Source of the DNA: an uncultured Alphaproteobacteria bacterium
GTDB taxonomy: Bacteria > Pseudomonadota > Alphaproteobacteria > HIMB59 > GCA-002718135
NCBI GenBank assembly: GCA_902628645.1
Contig: CACONS010000006.1
Location: forward strand, 1,731 to 65,730
Direction: 5' to 3'
Length of the DNA stretch: 64,000 bases
Positions 11,203 through 22,128 of the stretch are shown here, in pieces. A program made the position numbers and the translations under genes. The notes under the pieces were generated by a model. The model made no database searches. It saw only the letters and a program-made list of their open reading frames with translations, and was not told the DNA's origin. Position 1 is the stretch's first letter. Each line of letters opens with the position of its first letter.

Positions 11203-11949
11203 TCAAACTATAGAACTTTTTCCACCATTTAATTCAATCATCTTAGTTATATCATCAACTATTGGTTTAATAGTTGTCATGTCCCATGATGAAACAACTA
11301 TGTTAACTCCACCTGTTTTTGCAGCAAGATTAAAATAAGGATAACTGCCAATTGATGCACTTTTATATTTGTTTTGAATATTTTTTAAATTTTTTGCTAT
11401 TTTGCTCTCGTATAAATTAGTATTAATTGTTGTTACAAGTTTTGGCTTACCTTTATTTATTTTCTTTATTAATTCTTCAAACATAACTTGCATTATTTCT
11501 GGAACACCAGGTAAAACATAAACATTTTTAATAATAAATCCTGGTGCAGCAGTCATCGGATTTAAAATAAGCTCTGAACCAAATGGCATTTTAGCCATTC
11601 TTTGCCTACTTTCATTAAATTCACCTTTTGGATAATAATTTTCAAGAATTTCAAAAGCTGTTTTATTCGTTTCATATTGTAAATTAAAAGCTTCAGATAT
11701 ACTTTCTGAAGTTATATCATCATGGGTTGGTCCAATTCCACCAGTTGTAAAAACGTAAGAGTATTTTGAGCTATATTTTAAAACGCTTTCTATTATTATT
11801 TTTTTATTATCTTGAATAACAATAACTTCTTCTAATTTGATGCCAGCTTCTAATAATTGTTTTGCAATATAATTTGAGTTTGTATCTTGAGTTCTGCCAG
11901 AAAGTATTTCATCTCCGATAATAATAACAGCTGCTGTATAAGAACTCAT
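11203..11949 (-). CDS. CinA-N-terminal / MoCF-biosynthesis (MoaB-MogA-like) domain protein
   Basis: IIIGDEILSGRTQDTNSNYIA and TTGGIGPTHDDIT motifs. Confidence 0.75.
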   Translation of the reverse strand: MSSYTAAVIIIGDEILSGRTQDTNSNYIAKQLLEAGIKLEEVIVIQDNKKIIIESVLKYSSKYSYVFTTGGIGPTHDDITSESISEAFNLQYETNKTAFEILENYYPKGEFNESRQRMAKMPFGSELILNPMTAAPGFIIKNVYVLPGVPEIMQVMFEELIKKINKGKPKLVTTINTNLYESKIAKNLKNIQNKYKSASIGSYPYFNLAAKTGGVNIVVSSWDMTTIKPIVDDITKMIELNGGKSSIV

Positions 11950-12006
11950 ATGATTAATTGATATTTTCTATATATTATTTATTAATCGTAAGTAATTATT
12001 TTTTAA

Positions 12007-12801
12007 ATGAGAAACAATAACATCCCTATACATACAAAAAAAGATTTTGAAAGAATGAGGGAAGCTGGATCTTTAGCTGCCGAAGTTCTAGATACTTTAC
12101 ATGAAAAAATTGTACCAGGTATAAGTACTCAAGAAATAAATGACATATGTCACGAAAAAATTATTAAAAATAAAGCTATACCTGCACCTTTGAATTACAA
12201 AGGTTTTCCAAAATCTATTTGTACATCTGTTAATCATGTTGTTTGTCATGGAATTCCCTCTGAAAGAAAAATTTTATATGATGGAGATATTGTAAATGTG
12301 GATGTTACAGTTATATTGAATGGCTGGCATGGTGATAGTTCAAGAATGTATGTTGCAGGAAAAACAAATAAAAAGAATTATGAATTTTTAAAAATAACTT
12401 ATGAGTCATTATTGATTGGTATTAGTGAAGCCAAACCTGGTAAACACCTTGGTGATATAGGAAATAAAATTCAGAAACTTGCAGAAGGTAACGGTTATTC
12501 TGTAGTAAGAGATTTTTGTGGTCATGGAATTGGAAAAGAATTTCATACTCCGCCTAGTGTTTTACACTTTGGTGAACCTGGCGAAGGGCCAATGTTAGAA
12601 CCCGGTATGTTTTTAACAATTGAACCAATGATAAATTTGGGTGGATGGCAAACAAAAATACTCAATGATGGGTGGACAGCAGTAACAAAAGATAAATCTT
12701 TATCTGCTCAATTCGAGCATACAATTGGAATAACAGAAGAAGGAAATGAAATATTTACATTATCTAAAAATAATACAGCTTTTCCAATAAAGGATGTATA
12801 A
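12007..12801 (+). CDS. map: type I methionine aminopeptidase
   Basis: 264 aa. VCHGIP, DIVNVDVT, GHGIGKEFH and EHT metal-ligand contexts. Confidence 0.94.
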   Translation: MRNNNIPIHTKKDFERMREAGSLAAEVLDTLHEKIVPGISTQEINDICHEKIIKNKAIPAPLNYKGFPKSICTSVNHVVCHGIPSERKILYDGDIVNVDVTVILNGWHGDSSRMYVAGKTNKKNYEFLKITYESLLIGISEAKPGKHLGDIGNKIQKLAEGNGYSVVRDFCGHGIGKEFHTPPSVLHFGEPGEGPMLEPGMFLTIEPMINLGGWQTKILNDGWTAVTKDKSLSAQFEHTIGITEEGNEIFTLSKNNTAFPIKDV

Positions 12802-12810
12802 GTAAATAAA

Positions 12811-14103
12811 ATGATACCTAGATATAATAGGCCTGAAATTGAAAAAATTTGGTCTTTAGAAAATAAATTTACAATTTGGACAGATATTGAGTGTTTAGTC
12901 GCAGAAAAACAATCTATGCTCGGTATTATTCCAAAAAAAGCAGCAAAAGAAATAAGAAAAAAAGCAAAATTTAATGTCAAAGAAATAGAAAAAATTGAAA
13001 AAGAAACCAAACATGATGTTGTTGCCTATATAAATAATGTAAGCAAATATATTGGCAACTCATCAAAATATTTTCATTTTGGTGTAACATCAAGTGATAT
13101 TATTGATACTTCATTTTCTTTACAACTTAAGCAAACTGCTGAAATAATAAGAAAAAGTTTAGTGGAATGTATTAAAAGTCTAAAAATAAAATCTAAAAAA
13201 TATAAAGACACATTAATGATTGGAAGAAGTCATGGAGTCCATGCTGAACCGATTACTTTTGGACTAAAATTATCTTCATTTTATTTTGAATTTAAAAGAA
13301 ATTTAGAAAGATTTGACCAAGCAATAAATGAAATATCTGTTTGTGCCATTTCTGGACCTGTTGGCACATTTAATTCTATAGACCCACGAATTCAGGATTA
13401 TGTAGCAAAAAAACTAAAATTAAATTCTGAAGATATATCAACTCAAGTAATACCAAGAGATAGGCACGCATATTTTTTCTCAGTATTAGGAATTTTAGCC
13501 TCCTCTATTGAGAGATTTGCTGTAGAAATTCGAAACTTACAAAAAACAGAAGTATTAGAAGTAGAAGAAAGTTTTTCTTCTAATCAAAAGGGTTCTTCTG
13601 CAATGCCTCACAAACGTAACCCTGTACTCAGTGAAAACTTAACAGGTATCTCAAGATATATTAGAAGTGGTGTAATGCCTTCACTAGAAAATGTTGTGCT
13701 TTGGCATGAAAGAGATATCAGTCATTCTAGTGTTGAAAGAATTATGGCACCAGATATTACAATTGCTACCGATTTTGCACTTAATCGTCTAAATGGCATA
13801 ATAAAAAAATTAAAAGTCTATCCACAAAACATGTTAAAAAATTTGAATATGCTAGGAGGGTTACATAGAACTCACAGTATTATGTTAAAAATGATTGAAA
13901 AAGGTTTAGAAAGACAACAAGCATATAAAATTGTTCAGGAAAGTGCCATGGAAACATGGAATAATAATAAGAATTTTTCTCAAGTTTTACAAAAGAATAA
14001 AGAATTAAACAAAATATTGAATTCAAAAGATATCAAAAAAATCATAAAAGATGATAACGAACTAAAGAATATAGATTTGATTTTTAAAAATAAAATTAAA
14101 TAG
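12811..14103 (+). CDS. purB: adenylosuccinate lyase
   Basis: N-terminus MIPRYNRPE and the fumarate-lyase signature SSAMPHKRNP. Confidence 0.94.
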   Translation: MIPRYNRPEIEKIWSLENKFTIWTDIECLVAEKQSMLGIIPKKAAKEIRKKAKFNVKEIEKIEKETKHDVVAYINNVSKYIGNSSKYFHFGVTSSDIIDTSFSLQLKQTAEIIRKSLVECIKSLKIKSKKYKDTLMIGRSHGVHAEPITFGLKLSSFYFEFKRNLERFDQAINEISVCAISGPVGTFNSIDPRIQDYVAKKLKLNSEDISTQVIPRDRHAYFFSVLGILASSIERFAVEIRNLQKTEVLEVEESFSSNQKGSSAMPHKRNPVLSENLTGISRYIRSGVMPSLENVVLWHERDISHSSVERIMAPDITIATDFALNRLNGIIKKLKVYPQNMLKNLNMLGGLHRTHSIMLKMIEKGLERQQAYKIVQESAMETWNNNKNFSQVLQKNKELNKILNSKDIKKIIKDDNELKNIDLIFKNKIK

Positions 14104-14140
14104 TCTTTATTTTTTTTAATATCTGAACTATTTTATACTT

Positions 14141-14371
14141 ATGGCTATGACTGCTGAACAAATTGAGCAATTTATTAAAGAGGCTATACCGGATGCAACT
14201 GTTGAGATTGTAGATCTTAAAGGAGATGGTGATCATTACAGCGCTACAGTAACTTCAAAATCTTTTTCTGGAAAAACAAGAGTAGAACAACATAAGATGG
14301 TTTATGATGCTTTTAATGGTAAAATGGGTAGTGATTTGCACGCACTTAAGCTAAAAACTGTATCGGAGTAA
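14141..14371 (+). CDS. BolA-family protein
   Basis: 76 aa with the pattern ...DGDHYSATVTSKSFSGKTRVEQHKMVY.... Sits immediately upstream of a monothiol glutaredoxin, the classic pairing. Confidence 0.8.
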   Translation: MAMTAEQIEQFIKEAIPDATVEIVDLKGDGDHYSATVTSKSFSGKTRVEQHKMVYDAFNGKMGSDLHALKLKTVSE

Positions 14372-14373
14372 TA

Positions 14374-14715
14374 ATGAATAATAATGACCATGTATCTCAA
14401 AATATAGAAAATGAAATTAACTCAAATGATGTAATCCTTTTCATGAAGGGTACGCCAGTATTTCCAATGTGTGGATTTTCTGCAAGAGTAGTTGAAATAT
14501 TAAACAAAGTAGGTGTTAAATTTGGAAGTGTGAATGTGTTAGAGAGTGATGAAATGAGAGAAGGTATTAAAAAATATTCTAACTGGCCAACCATACCACA
14601 ACTTTATGTTAAAAAGGAATTTATAGGCGGTTGTGATATAATAACTGAAATGTTTGAAAGTGGTGAATTATTAGAATTATTAAATACAAATGGAATAGAC
14701 GTAAACCCATCTTAG
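14374..14715 (+). CDS. grxD: monothiol glutaredoxin (Grx4 family)
   Basis: CGFS active site and WPTIPQLYV motif. Confidence 0.92.
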   Translation: MNNNDHVSQNIENEINSNDVILFMKGTPVFPMCGFSARVVEILNKVGVKFGSVNVLESDEMREGIKKYSNWPTIPQLYVKKEFIGGCDIITEMFESGELLELLNTNGIDVNPS

Positions 14716-14716
14716 T

Positions 14717-15616
14717 TTGTTAAATAATAATTATTCCAAAGGTGTTATATTCTCCTGCATTGCGGCAATTTTTTGGGGTCTCCCACAACCTCTTTTTTTT
14801 AATGAATTAAATCACGTTAAGACTATTGAGGTAGTAGCTCATAGAGGTTTCTGGTCATTTATTTTTCTTTTTTTATTATTAGTTCTAATTTCAAATTTAA
14901 ACGAATTTATAGAAATATTTAAATCAAGAAAAAGAATTTTTATTTTAACAATTACAGCATTTCTTATTGCAGGTAACTGGGCAGGCTTTATTTATTCTGT
15001 AGGACAAGAAAGGGTTCAGGATGCATCGATGGGTTATTTTATTACCCCAATGATAAGTATTATTCTTGGTTATTTTTTTTTAAATGAGAAAATAACTAAG
15101 CCTAAATTTGTATCTGTATGTCTTATGCTTTCAGGAATATTATTCCTATTTATTAATTTAAATCAATTTCCATTTCTTATAATTTGGATTGGTACCTCTT
15201 GGGCAATATATGGATTATTAAGAAAACAAATTAATGTTAATCCTTCAATTGGTTTACTTTATGAGACTTTCATAATATCTTTAATATCTATCCCATATTT
15301 AGTTTACTTATTTTCGCAGAACGAAAATAGTATTTTTAGCATTGATATTAAAACATCAGTATTTTTAATTCTAACAGGAGCAGTAACGATTTTTCCATTA
15401 TTTTTTTTTAATTTGGGTTTAAAATTTATTCAATTAGGTCTTGCTGGGGTCTTATTTTATCTAGCACCATCATTTCATTTTATAACTTCAGTATTTATTC
15501 TTAATGAAGAAATTTTACAGATTAAATTAGTGTCATTTATAATTATTTGGATAGCAATAATAATTTATATTTATGATAGTTATAAAAAAGAAATTATCTT
15601 GAATAATACTCAATAA
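14717..15616 (+). CDS. rarD: EamA/RarD-family permease (10 TM)
   Basis: TTG start. Two EamA repeats with a RarD-like N-terminus (IFWG...HRGFWSF). Confidence 0.7.
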   Translation: MLNNNYSKGVIFSCIAAIFWGLPQPLFFNELNHVKTIEVVAHRGFWSFIFLFLLLVLISNLNEFIEIFKSRKRIFILTITAFLIAGNWAGFIYSVGQERVQDASMGYFITPMISIILGYFFLNEKITKPKFVSVCLMLSGILFLFINLNQFPFLIIWIGTSWAIYGLLRKQINVNPSIGLLYETFIISLISIPYLVYLFSQNENSIFSIDIKTSVFLILTGAVTIFPLFFFNLGLKFIQLGLAGVLFYLAPSFHFITSVFILNEEILQIKLVSFIIIWIAIIIYIYDSYKKEIILNNTQ

Positions 15617-16214
15617 CTAAATTTGGTTCCATTGTTACAGGATAAGGAACATCATGAATTAGAGGAGCTCTTAAAAATCGACCCTTCAATTCTTTAACAT
15701 CAACTTCTAGATATTCTGGAATTTCTCTTTCTTGAGAGCTGACTGATTCTACAATTAAGTTAATTTCTTTACTTTTATCTTTAATTGAGATTTCATCTCC
15801 ATCATTTACACTATATGATGGAATATTAACTCTTTTTCCATTAACTTTTACATGACCATGATTAACTAATTGTCTTGCAGAGAAGATTGTAGGTACAAAT
15901 TTCATTCTATAGACTGTTGCATCTAATCTTCTTTCTAAAAGCTCAATTAAAATCTGACTAGTATCACCTTTAATGTTAGAAGCTTTTTTAAATATATTCC
16001 TAAATTGTCTTTCAGTTAAATCGCCATAATAAAATTTAAGTTTTTGCTTAGCAAAAAGTTGATTACCATAATCTGAAAGTTTTTTTCTTTGACCTTGAAC
16101 GCCATGCTGACCAGGCTTAGAGTTTCTTCTATTAAATGGGCTTTTAGGCCTACCCCATAAGTTAACACCCAACCTTCTATCGATTTTGTACCTAGCGTTA
16201 TGTCTTTTTGTCAT
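15594..16214 (-). CDS. rpsD: 30S ribosomal protein S4
   Basis: [26 protein letters not shown] and an S4 RNA-binding domain. Its 3' end overlaps rarD by 23 nt (convergent). Confidence 0.96.
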   Translation of the reverse strand: MTKRHNARYKIDRRLGVNLWGRPKSPFNRRNSKPGQHGVQGQRKKLSDYGNQLFAKQKLKFYYGDLTERQFRNIFKKASNIKGDTSQILIELLERRLDATVYRMKFVPTIFSARQLVNHGHVKVNGKRVNIPSYSVNDGDEISIKDKSKEINLIVESVSSQEREIPEYLEVDVKELKGRFLRAPLIHDVPYPVTMEPNLVIEYYSR

Positions 16215-16277
16215 AAATATGATGGGTATATAGTGATTTAAAGAACTATGTCAAATTTAATATATTCAATTTTTGGC

Positions 16278-16988
16278 TTATTTGTTAAGTTTTTTTGTAA
16301 TTCCCCATAAAGTCTGCAATTCTTTCTTTGTAAGAGGAATTTTTGTAAAAATACTATAAATATTATTTTTCATACTTTCTCTTTTTTCTCTTGGTGTAAA
16401 AAAACTCTTTTTTTCAAGATTTTCAAACAAATAATTTAAAAATTTTGATAATTGATATTTACGAATATTATCTTTTTCAATGATACTTTTACTAGTAAAT
16501 TTTAAATTATTCAATTCAAATAATTTATGACTTAAAATAGTAACTGCATGAGAAAGGTTTAATGAATTACTTTTACTACTTGTTTCAATAGTAAAAATAA
16601 TATCAGATAATCTCAAATCTTCATTTGAAAGTCCTGAACTTTCTGGACCAAAAAGTATTGCTGTTTTTTTATTAACAATAATTTTTCTTTTAATGAATTT
16701 AAAATCGTTAGTAGAATTTTTTTCCAAATATCTTTTTCTATTAGTCGTGGCCACAACATAAGAAAAATTAGAAAGTGCAATTTCTAAATCATCATAAACT
16801 TTAATATTCTTTATAATTTTCGTTGCTTTTTTTGCTGCGTTTATTGATTTATTGTTTAACCATTTATCTCTTGGCGAAACAATAATTAGATCTTTCAAAC
16901 CAAAGTTGTGCATAACACGAGCAACCATTCCAATGTTTTCAGGAAGTTGGGGTCTAACTAAAATTATGCTTGGATTTTTTGGAGTCAA
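16278..16988 (-). CDS. SpoU/TrmH-class RNA 2'-O-methyltransferase (TrmJ-like)
   Basis: N-terminal IILVRPQLPENIGMVARVMHNFG and the SPOUT knot region LFGPESSGLS...NLSHAV. Confidence 0.72.
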   Translation of the reverse strand: MTPKNPSIILVRPQLPENIGMVARVMHNFGLKDLIIVSPRDKWLNNKSINAAKKATKIIKNIKVYDDLEIALSNFSYVVATTNRKRYLEKNSTNDFKFIKRKIIVNKKTAILFGPESSGLSNEDLRLSDIIFTIETSSKSNSLNLSHAVTILSHKLFELNNLKFTSKSIIEKDNIRKYQLSKFLNYLFENLEKKSFFTPREKRESMKNNIYSIFTKIPLTKKELQTLWGITKKLNK

Positions 16989-18571
16989 TTTTTATTCTTT
17001 AAATCATTTAATAGCTTAAAAGTAATACTATCAAAAATAGCGCTATAAGATGCATCAATAATATTTGGAGATACGCCAATAGTTGTCCAATGTGTATTGG
17101 TAGAATCAGATGATTCAATTAAGACTCTAGTGATAGCGCCCGTACCTTTTTCTGATGAAAGAATCATAACTTTGTAATCGGTTAACTTTAAATCTTTGAG
17201 ACTAGGATAATAATCAATTAGAGCTTTTCTTAATGCGCTGTCAATAGCATTTACTGGACCATTTCCAGTACCCACTGTCATCATATTAGAATCTTTAACT
17301 TTTAAAAATACTGTAGCCTCTGCTTCGGTTACAATCTTACCTTTAGCATTCCACCTTCTTTCATCTGTGACTCTAAATTTTTCTAAGTTGTAAAAATCCT
17401 CAAAATGACCAAGGTGACGCCTTACTAATAATTCAAAACTAGCTAAAGCAGTATCAAATGAATATCCTTCTGATTCTTTTTCCTTGATAATCTCTAAGAT
17501 ATTGTTGATTTCATTTTTAGGCAAATTAATATTAATCTTATTTAATTGATTTAGTATATTAGACCTTCCTGCCTGATTAGAAATTACCACGTTTCTAGAA
17601 TTTCCAACTATTTCTGGCTCAATATGTTCATAAGTTGAAGAATTTTTTTCTATTGCAGATGCATGTAATCCACCTTTATGAGAGAAAGCATGATCTCCAA
17701 CATATGGAGCATTTTTTCTTGAAGGCATGTTTAGAATATCGTTTAATGTTCTAGAAATATGAATTAAATTTTTTAACTTATCTTTTGAAATGTTTGTTTT
17801 ATATTTTGTTTTTAGAACCAAAGATGGAATTAAGGAAATTAAATTAGTATTTCCACATCTTTCTCCTAAACCATTAATTGTTCCCTGTATCTGTCTTGCT
17901 CCAGCATTAATAGCTGCTAATGCATTTGCAACTGCATTGTCAGTATCATTGTGAGCATGTATACCAACATTTTGACCTGGTATAACTTTTACTACTTCTG
18001 AAACAATATTGTAAATTTCATCTGGAAGAGTCCCGCCATTTGTATCACAAAGCACAACCCATCTTGCACCAGCGTCATACGCTGCTTTAATACAATTCAA
18101 TGCAAACTCTTTATTTTCTTTAAAGCCATCAAAAAAATGTTCTGCATCAAAAATTGGCTCTTTATTTTTATTTTTTATTGATTGAATACTTTCACTGATC
18201 ATTTTTAAATTTTCATCTTCAGATATCTCTAAAGCGTTTTTTACGTGAAATGATGATGATTTACCTACAATACAAACACAACTTGCGCTTGAATTAATAA
18301 GTGCATTTAATCCTGGATCGTTATCTGCACTTCTACCTGGTCTTCTTGTCATACCAAAGGCAGTCAATTTACTTTTTGAAAATTTTGTATTTCTCGAAAA
18401 AAAATCATTATCGGTAGGATTTGCTCCCGGCCATCCACCTTCAATGTAATCTATTCCTAAATCATCAAGATGTTGGGATATATTCATTTTATCACTAACA
18501 GAAAAATTAACTCCTGTTGTTTGCTGACCATCTCTAAGTGTAGTATCGAATAAATATACTTTATCTTCCAT
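16985..18571 (-). CDS. cimA: citramalate synthase / 2-isopropylmalate synthase family enzyme (CimA-like, 528 aa)
   Basis: DRE-TIM N-terminus LFDTTLRDGQQ, an HAHND metal site, and a C-terminal LeuA-dimer-type regulatory domain. Choosing citramalate over isopropylmalate rests only on size and architecture. Confidence 0.65.
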   Translation of the reverse strand: MEDKVYLFDTTLRDGQQTTGVNFSVSDKMNISQHLDDLGIDYIEGGWPGANPTDNDFFSRNTKFSKSKLTAFGMTRRPGRSADNDPGLNALINSSASCVCIVGKSSSFHVKNALEISEDENLKMISESIQSIKNKNKEPIFDAEHFFDGFKENKEFALNCIKAAYDAGARWVVLCDTNGGTLPDEIYNIVSEVVKVIPGQNVGIHAHNDTDNAVANALAAINAGARQIQGTINGLGERCGNTNLISLIPSLVLKTKYKTNISKDKLKNLIHISRTLNDILNMPSRKNAPYVGDHAFSHKGGLHASAIEKNSSTYEHIEPEIVGNSRNVVISNQAGRSNILNQLNKININLPKNEINNILEIIKEKESEGYSFDTALASFELLVRRHLGHFEDFYNLEKFRVTDERRWNAKGKIVTEAEATVFLKVKDSNMMTVGTGNGPVNAIDSALRKALIDYYPSLKDLKLTDYKVMILSSEKGTGAITRVLIESSDSTNTHWTTIGVSPNIIDASYSAIFDSITFKLLNDLKNKN

Positions 18572-18609
18572 AATTACTAGATCGCTAATAGAGTATAAAT
18601 TTAAATTTA

Positions 18610-19944
18610 CTAGATTTTTCCAAGTTTTTGCAAGATTTCGTCTCTATCAAATAATGGTAGTAGATATTTTAATTCGGGTCCATGAGATTTTCCTGTCAAA
18701 ATCAACCTCAAAGGCATAAATAAATCTTTTCCTTTAAGCCCAGTTTTTTTGTTAATTTTTGATGTCCAATGGTCCCATGTTGTTTCATCAAAAGGATCCT
18801 CAGGTAATTCATCAACTGCCGTATTAATAAAATTATCATCAATATTTAAATCTTTAGCATTATTTATTTTTGTAATTACTTCTTCCCATTCTTTAGCTTG
18901 TTTAATAAATGAAATATTATTTTTAATAAAACGCCAAAAACTCTCTTTTTGAAAATTTGATTTTATATTTTTTAACTTATGACTAATCTCATTATAACTA
19001 AATAATTTAATGGTATTTTCATTAAGGTTTTTTAAGGTTTCAATTGAAAATTTAGCAGAAGATCTAGATAAGCTTTGAATATCAAATTTTTTTACTATTT
19101 CATTTAAATCTTTGATCGGATCAATATTACTGCTCGAACCAATAAAAAGAAAATAATTAAGTAACGATATATTTTCATATCCTTCGTCTCTAAAATTTTC
19201 AATTGAAAGACTTCCAAGTCTTTTGCTAAAACCCTTACCAGTTTCATCAACTAAGAATGGATGATGAGCAAATGAAGGAATAAAAGATTCAAGGGCCTTA
19301 AAAATTTGAATATGATAGGCAGTATTAGCTATGTGATCCTCCCCCCTAATAATATGTGTAATTTTTTCTTCAATATCATCAATGACTGAAGGTAAATGGT
19401 ATAACAATGTTCCATCAGCTCTAATTAAAACAGGATCACTCAAATTTTTTGCATCAAATGAAACATCTCCTTTAATAATATCTTTCCAACTAATATTTTC
19501 ATGATCTAATTTGAATCTCCAATGGGGTTGGATTCCAGATTCTATTTTTTTTTCTACTTCTTCATCACTTAGATTTAAAGATGATCTATCATAAATAGGT
19601 GGTCTACCAGATGATAACAAAGATTTTTTCTTTAAAGCTAATTCCTCTTCTGTTTCAAAACATGGATAAAGTCTTTTCTTTTGTTTTAGGATTTGGATTT
19701 TCTCATTGTAAATATTTTTCCTTGAGGATTGATTAAAAGTATAACTCCAATTCAATCCAAGCCATGTAAGATCATCTTTGATACTTGTCTCAAATTCTTT
19801 AGAACTCCTATTGGCATCAGTATCATCAATTCTTAGTACAAACTCACCTTGATTTTTTTGACAAAAAATCCAATTCAAAATTGCTGATCTAGCATTACCG
19901 ATATGTATTTTTCCTGTAGGGCTAGGAGCGAACCTACACTTCAT
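18610..19944 (-). CDS. gltX: glutamate--tRNA ligase
   Basis: RFAPSPTGKIHIGNAR (HIGH motif) and a GFSKRLGS (KMSKS-type) motif. Confidence 0.92.
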   Translation of the reverse strand: MKCRFAPSPTGKIHIGNARSAILNWIFCQKNQGEFVLRIDDTDANRSSKEFETSIKDDLTWLGLNWSYTFNQSSRKNIYNEKIQILKQKKRLYPCFETEEELALKKKSLLSSGRPPIYDRSSLNLSDEEVEKKIESGIQPHWRFKLDHENISWKDIIKGDVSFDAKNLSDPVLIRADGTLLYHLPSVIDDIEEKITHIIRGEDHIANTAYHIQIFKALESFIPSFAHHPFLVDETGKGFSKRLGSLSIENFRDEGYENISLLNYFLFIGSSSNIDPIKDLNEIVKKFDIQSLSRSSAKFSIETLKNLNENTIKLFSYNEISHKLKNIKSNFQKESFWRFIKNNISFIKQAKEWEEVITKINNAKDLNIDDNFINTAVDELPEDPFDETTWDHWTSKINKKTGLKGKDLFMPLRLILTGKSHGPELKYLLPLFDRDEILQKLGKI

Positions 19945-19945
19945 A

Positions 19946-20686
19946 TTATTCTTTAGGAATTTCGCAAACGGGAATAGGCTTCATCTTATGAAGATTTGGC
20001 TTTCTAATTTTTTCGTATCTACTGTAGTATTCACTAGACTTATTTTCCATTGCTTCTTCTAATTGCTTATATGAAAGACCAAGCTGGCTTTCATCATTTC
20101 TACTATCATCCCATAAACCATCTGTCGGTGCTGCGCTAATAATATCTTTTATAACCCCAATTTCTTCGGCTAATTCCCACACCTCAGTTTTAGTACAATC
20201 TGCTATTGGCGATATATCTACGCCTCCATCACCATATTTTGTATAAAATCCAACACCAAAATCTTCAACTTTATTTCCAGTACCAACAACTATACCATTA
20301 TTACTTTGAGCTATTTGGTATAGAGTTACCATTCTTAGTCTAGATCTTGAATTTGCAAAAGCTAACTCACTATCAAAATTTTGCATCGTATTTTGAAATG
20401 TTTTAAAAACATTATCTAGCTCGATTATTTTTGTTTCTACATTTGGGTAATTTTGCTCTAAATATTCTAAATGTCTTAAACTTAAATCATGTTGTGATGA
20501 ATTTTGCTTAATAGGCATTGAAACAGCTATAGTTTTTAAACCAGTTTGAGCACATAAGGTGCTAGTAAGAGCTGAATCAACTCCTCCTGACACTCCTATT
20601 ACTAGTGTAGTTGGATTATTATTTATTGATTTAGCGTAATCTTTAATCCAATTAGAAATGTATGCGATTTTATCTTTTGAATTCAT
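19946..20686 (-). CDS. nadE: ammonia-dependent NAD+ synthetase
   Basis: PP-loop GVSGGVDS; 246 aa with no glutaminase domain. Confidence 0.88.
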   Translation of the reverse strand: MNSKDKIAYISNWIKDYAKSINNNPTTLVIGVSGGVDSALTSTLCAQTGLKTIAVSMPIKQNSSQHDLSLRHLEYLEQNYPNVETKIIELDNVFKTFQNTMQNFDSELAFANSRSRLRMVTLYQIAQSNNGIVVGTGNKVEDFGVGFYTKYGDGGVDISPIADCTKTEVWELAEEIGVIKDIISAAPTDGLWDDSRNDESQLGLSYKQLEEAMENKSSEYYSRYEKIRKPNLHKMKPIPVCEIPKE

Positions 20687-20707
20687 AAGTAATATATAAA
20701 TATAAAT

Positions 20708-22081
20708 TTATAAATTTGAAGATTGCTTTGAGAGCAATTTTTCTTCTTTTAAAAAATCTGATAATAAAAAAGCCAATTCTAGAGACTGCGAGGCATTTAG
20801 TCTCGGATCACAATATGTATGATATCTATTTTTTAGATCTTCATCTGTTATTTCTTGAAGACCTCCCATACATTCTGTAACATCTTGACCAGTCATTTCT
20901 AAATGGACGCCGCCTGGATATGTTCCTTCGCTTCTGTGAATTTGAAAAAATTGCTGAATTTCAGAAATTATATCTTTTAATGGCCTAGTTTTAAAACCAG
21001 TGTTAGATTTGATAGTATTTCCATGCATGGGGTCACAAGTCCAAACAACATTTTTACCAGCTGAATTAACTGATCTAATTATTTTTGGAAGTATTCCAAT
21101 AACTTTTTCATGACCCATTCTACATATCAGCGTTATTTTTCCAGCTTCATTATTTGGATTCAACACATCTAATATCTTTAATAGTTCTTCTGTCTTTGTG
21201 CTTGGACCAACTTTAATACCTATAGGGTTCTCAATACCTCTTAAAAATTCAATATGTGCTCCATCAAGTTGTCGTGTTCTGTCACCTACCCATAACATGT
21301 GAGCTGAAACATCGTACCACTTACCTGAAGTACTATCTATTCTTGTTAATGCTTCCTCATATTGAAGAAGTAAAGCTTCATGACTTGTAAAGAAGTCTGT
21401 TTCATTTAATTGTCTTACACTGTTTCCATTTATTCCACATGCCTCCATAAAAGATAAGCATTCGTCAATTCTAGAAGATATCTCTCTAAATTTAGCAGCA
21501 TTCTCACCTTTAACAAAATTTAGGTTCCATTGATGTATTTTATTTAAATTGGCAAAACCGCCCTGAGAAAAAGCTCTTAAAAGATTAAGTGTAGATGCAG
21601 ACTGATTGTAGGCCTGAATTAATCTATCTGGATTAGGATCTCTGTCTTTTTGATTGAAGTCTATCCCATTAATTATATCGCCTTTATAAGACTCGAGTTC
21701 TAAATCATTAATAACTTCTGTTGCAGATGATCTTGGCTTTGCAAACTGTCCAGCAATTCTTCCTACTTTAACAATTGGACAAGAAGCGCCAAACGTTAAT
21801 ACAACAGCCATTTGTAAAATAACTTTAAATGTATCTCTAATATTATCTGGATGAAAATCTGCAAAACTTTCTGCACAATCTCCACCTTGTAATAAAAAAG
21901 CATTTCCGTTTGAAACTTCTCCAAGTTTCTTTTTTAATAGTCTCGCTTCTCCAGCAAAAACTAAAGGTGGATATTTAGAAATTTCATTTAGAGTTTTATT
22001 TAGATGATCTTCATTCTGATAGTTAGGCATATGAAGAGCATTTTTATTTCTCCAACTATTTGGTGACCATTTATCGCTCAT
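20708..22081 (-). CDS. class II (plant-type) 3-deoxy-7-phosphoheptulonate (DAHP) synthase
   Basis: 457 aa. SPNSWR near the N-terminus, FLLQGGDCAESF, and RIAGQFAKPRS motifs characteristic of AroA(II). Confidence 0.9.
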   Translation of the reverse strand: MSDKWSPNSWRNKNALHMPNYQNEDHLNKTLNEISKYPPLVFAGEARLLKKKLGEVSNGNAFLLQGGDCAESFADFHPDNIRDTFKVILQMAVVLTFGASCPIVKVGRIAGQFAKPRSSATEVINDLELESYKGDIINGIDFNQKDRDPNPDRLIQAYNQSASTLNLLRAFSQGGFANLNKIHQWNLNFVKGENAAKFREISSRIDECLSFMEACGINGNSVRQLNETDFFTSHEALLLQYEEALTRIDSTSGKWYDVSAHMLWVGDRTRQLDGAHIEFLRGIENPIGIKVGPSTKTEELLKILDVLNPNNEAGKITLICRMGHEKVIGILPKIIRSVNSAGKNVVWTCDPMHGNTIKSNTGFKTRPLKDIISEIQQFFQIHRSEGTYPGGVHLEMTGQDVTECMGGLQEITDEDLKNRYHTYCDPRLNASQSLELAFLLSDFLKEEKLLSKQSSNL

Positions 22082-22128
22082 AATTTGAAAAGGCTCATAA
22101 ACCCTAATATATCTTGAAACAAGGGTTA

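Noticed and set aside
11120-11338. 72-aa plus-strand ORF
   Set aside because: It overlaps the tRNA-Leu gene and runs antisense to the CinA-like gene, so it is spurious.
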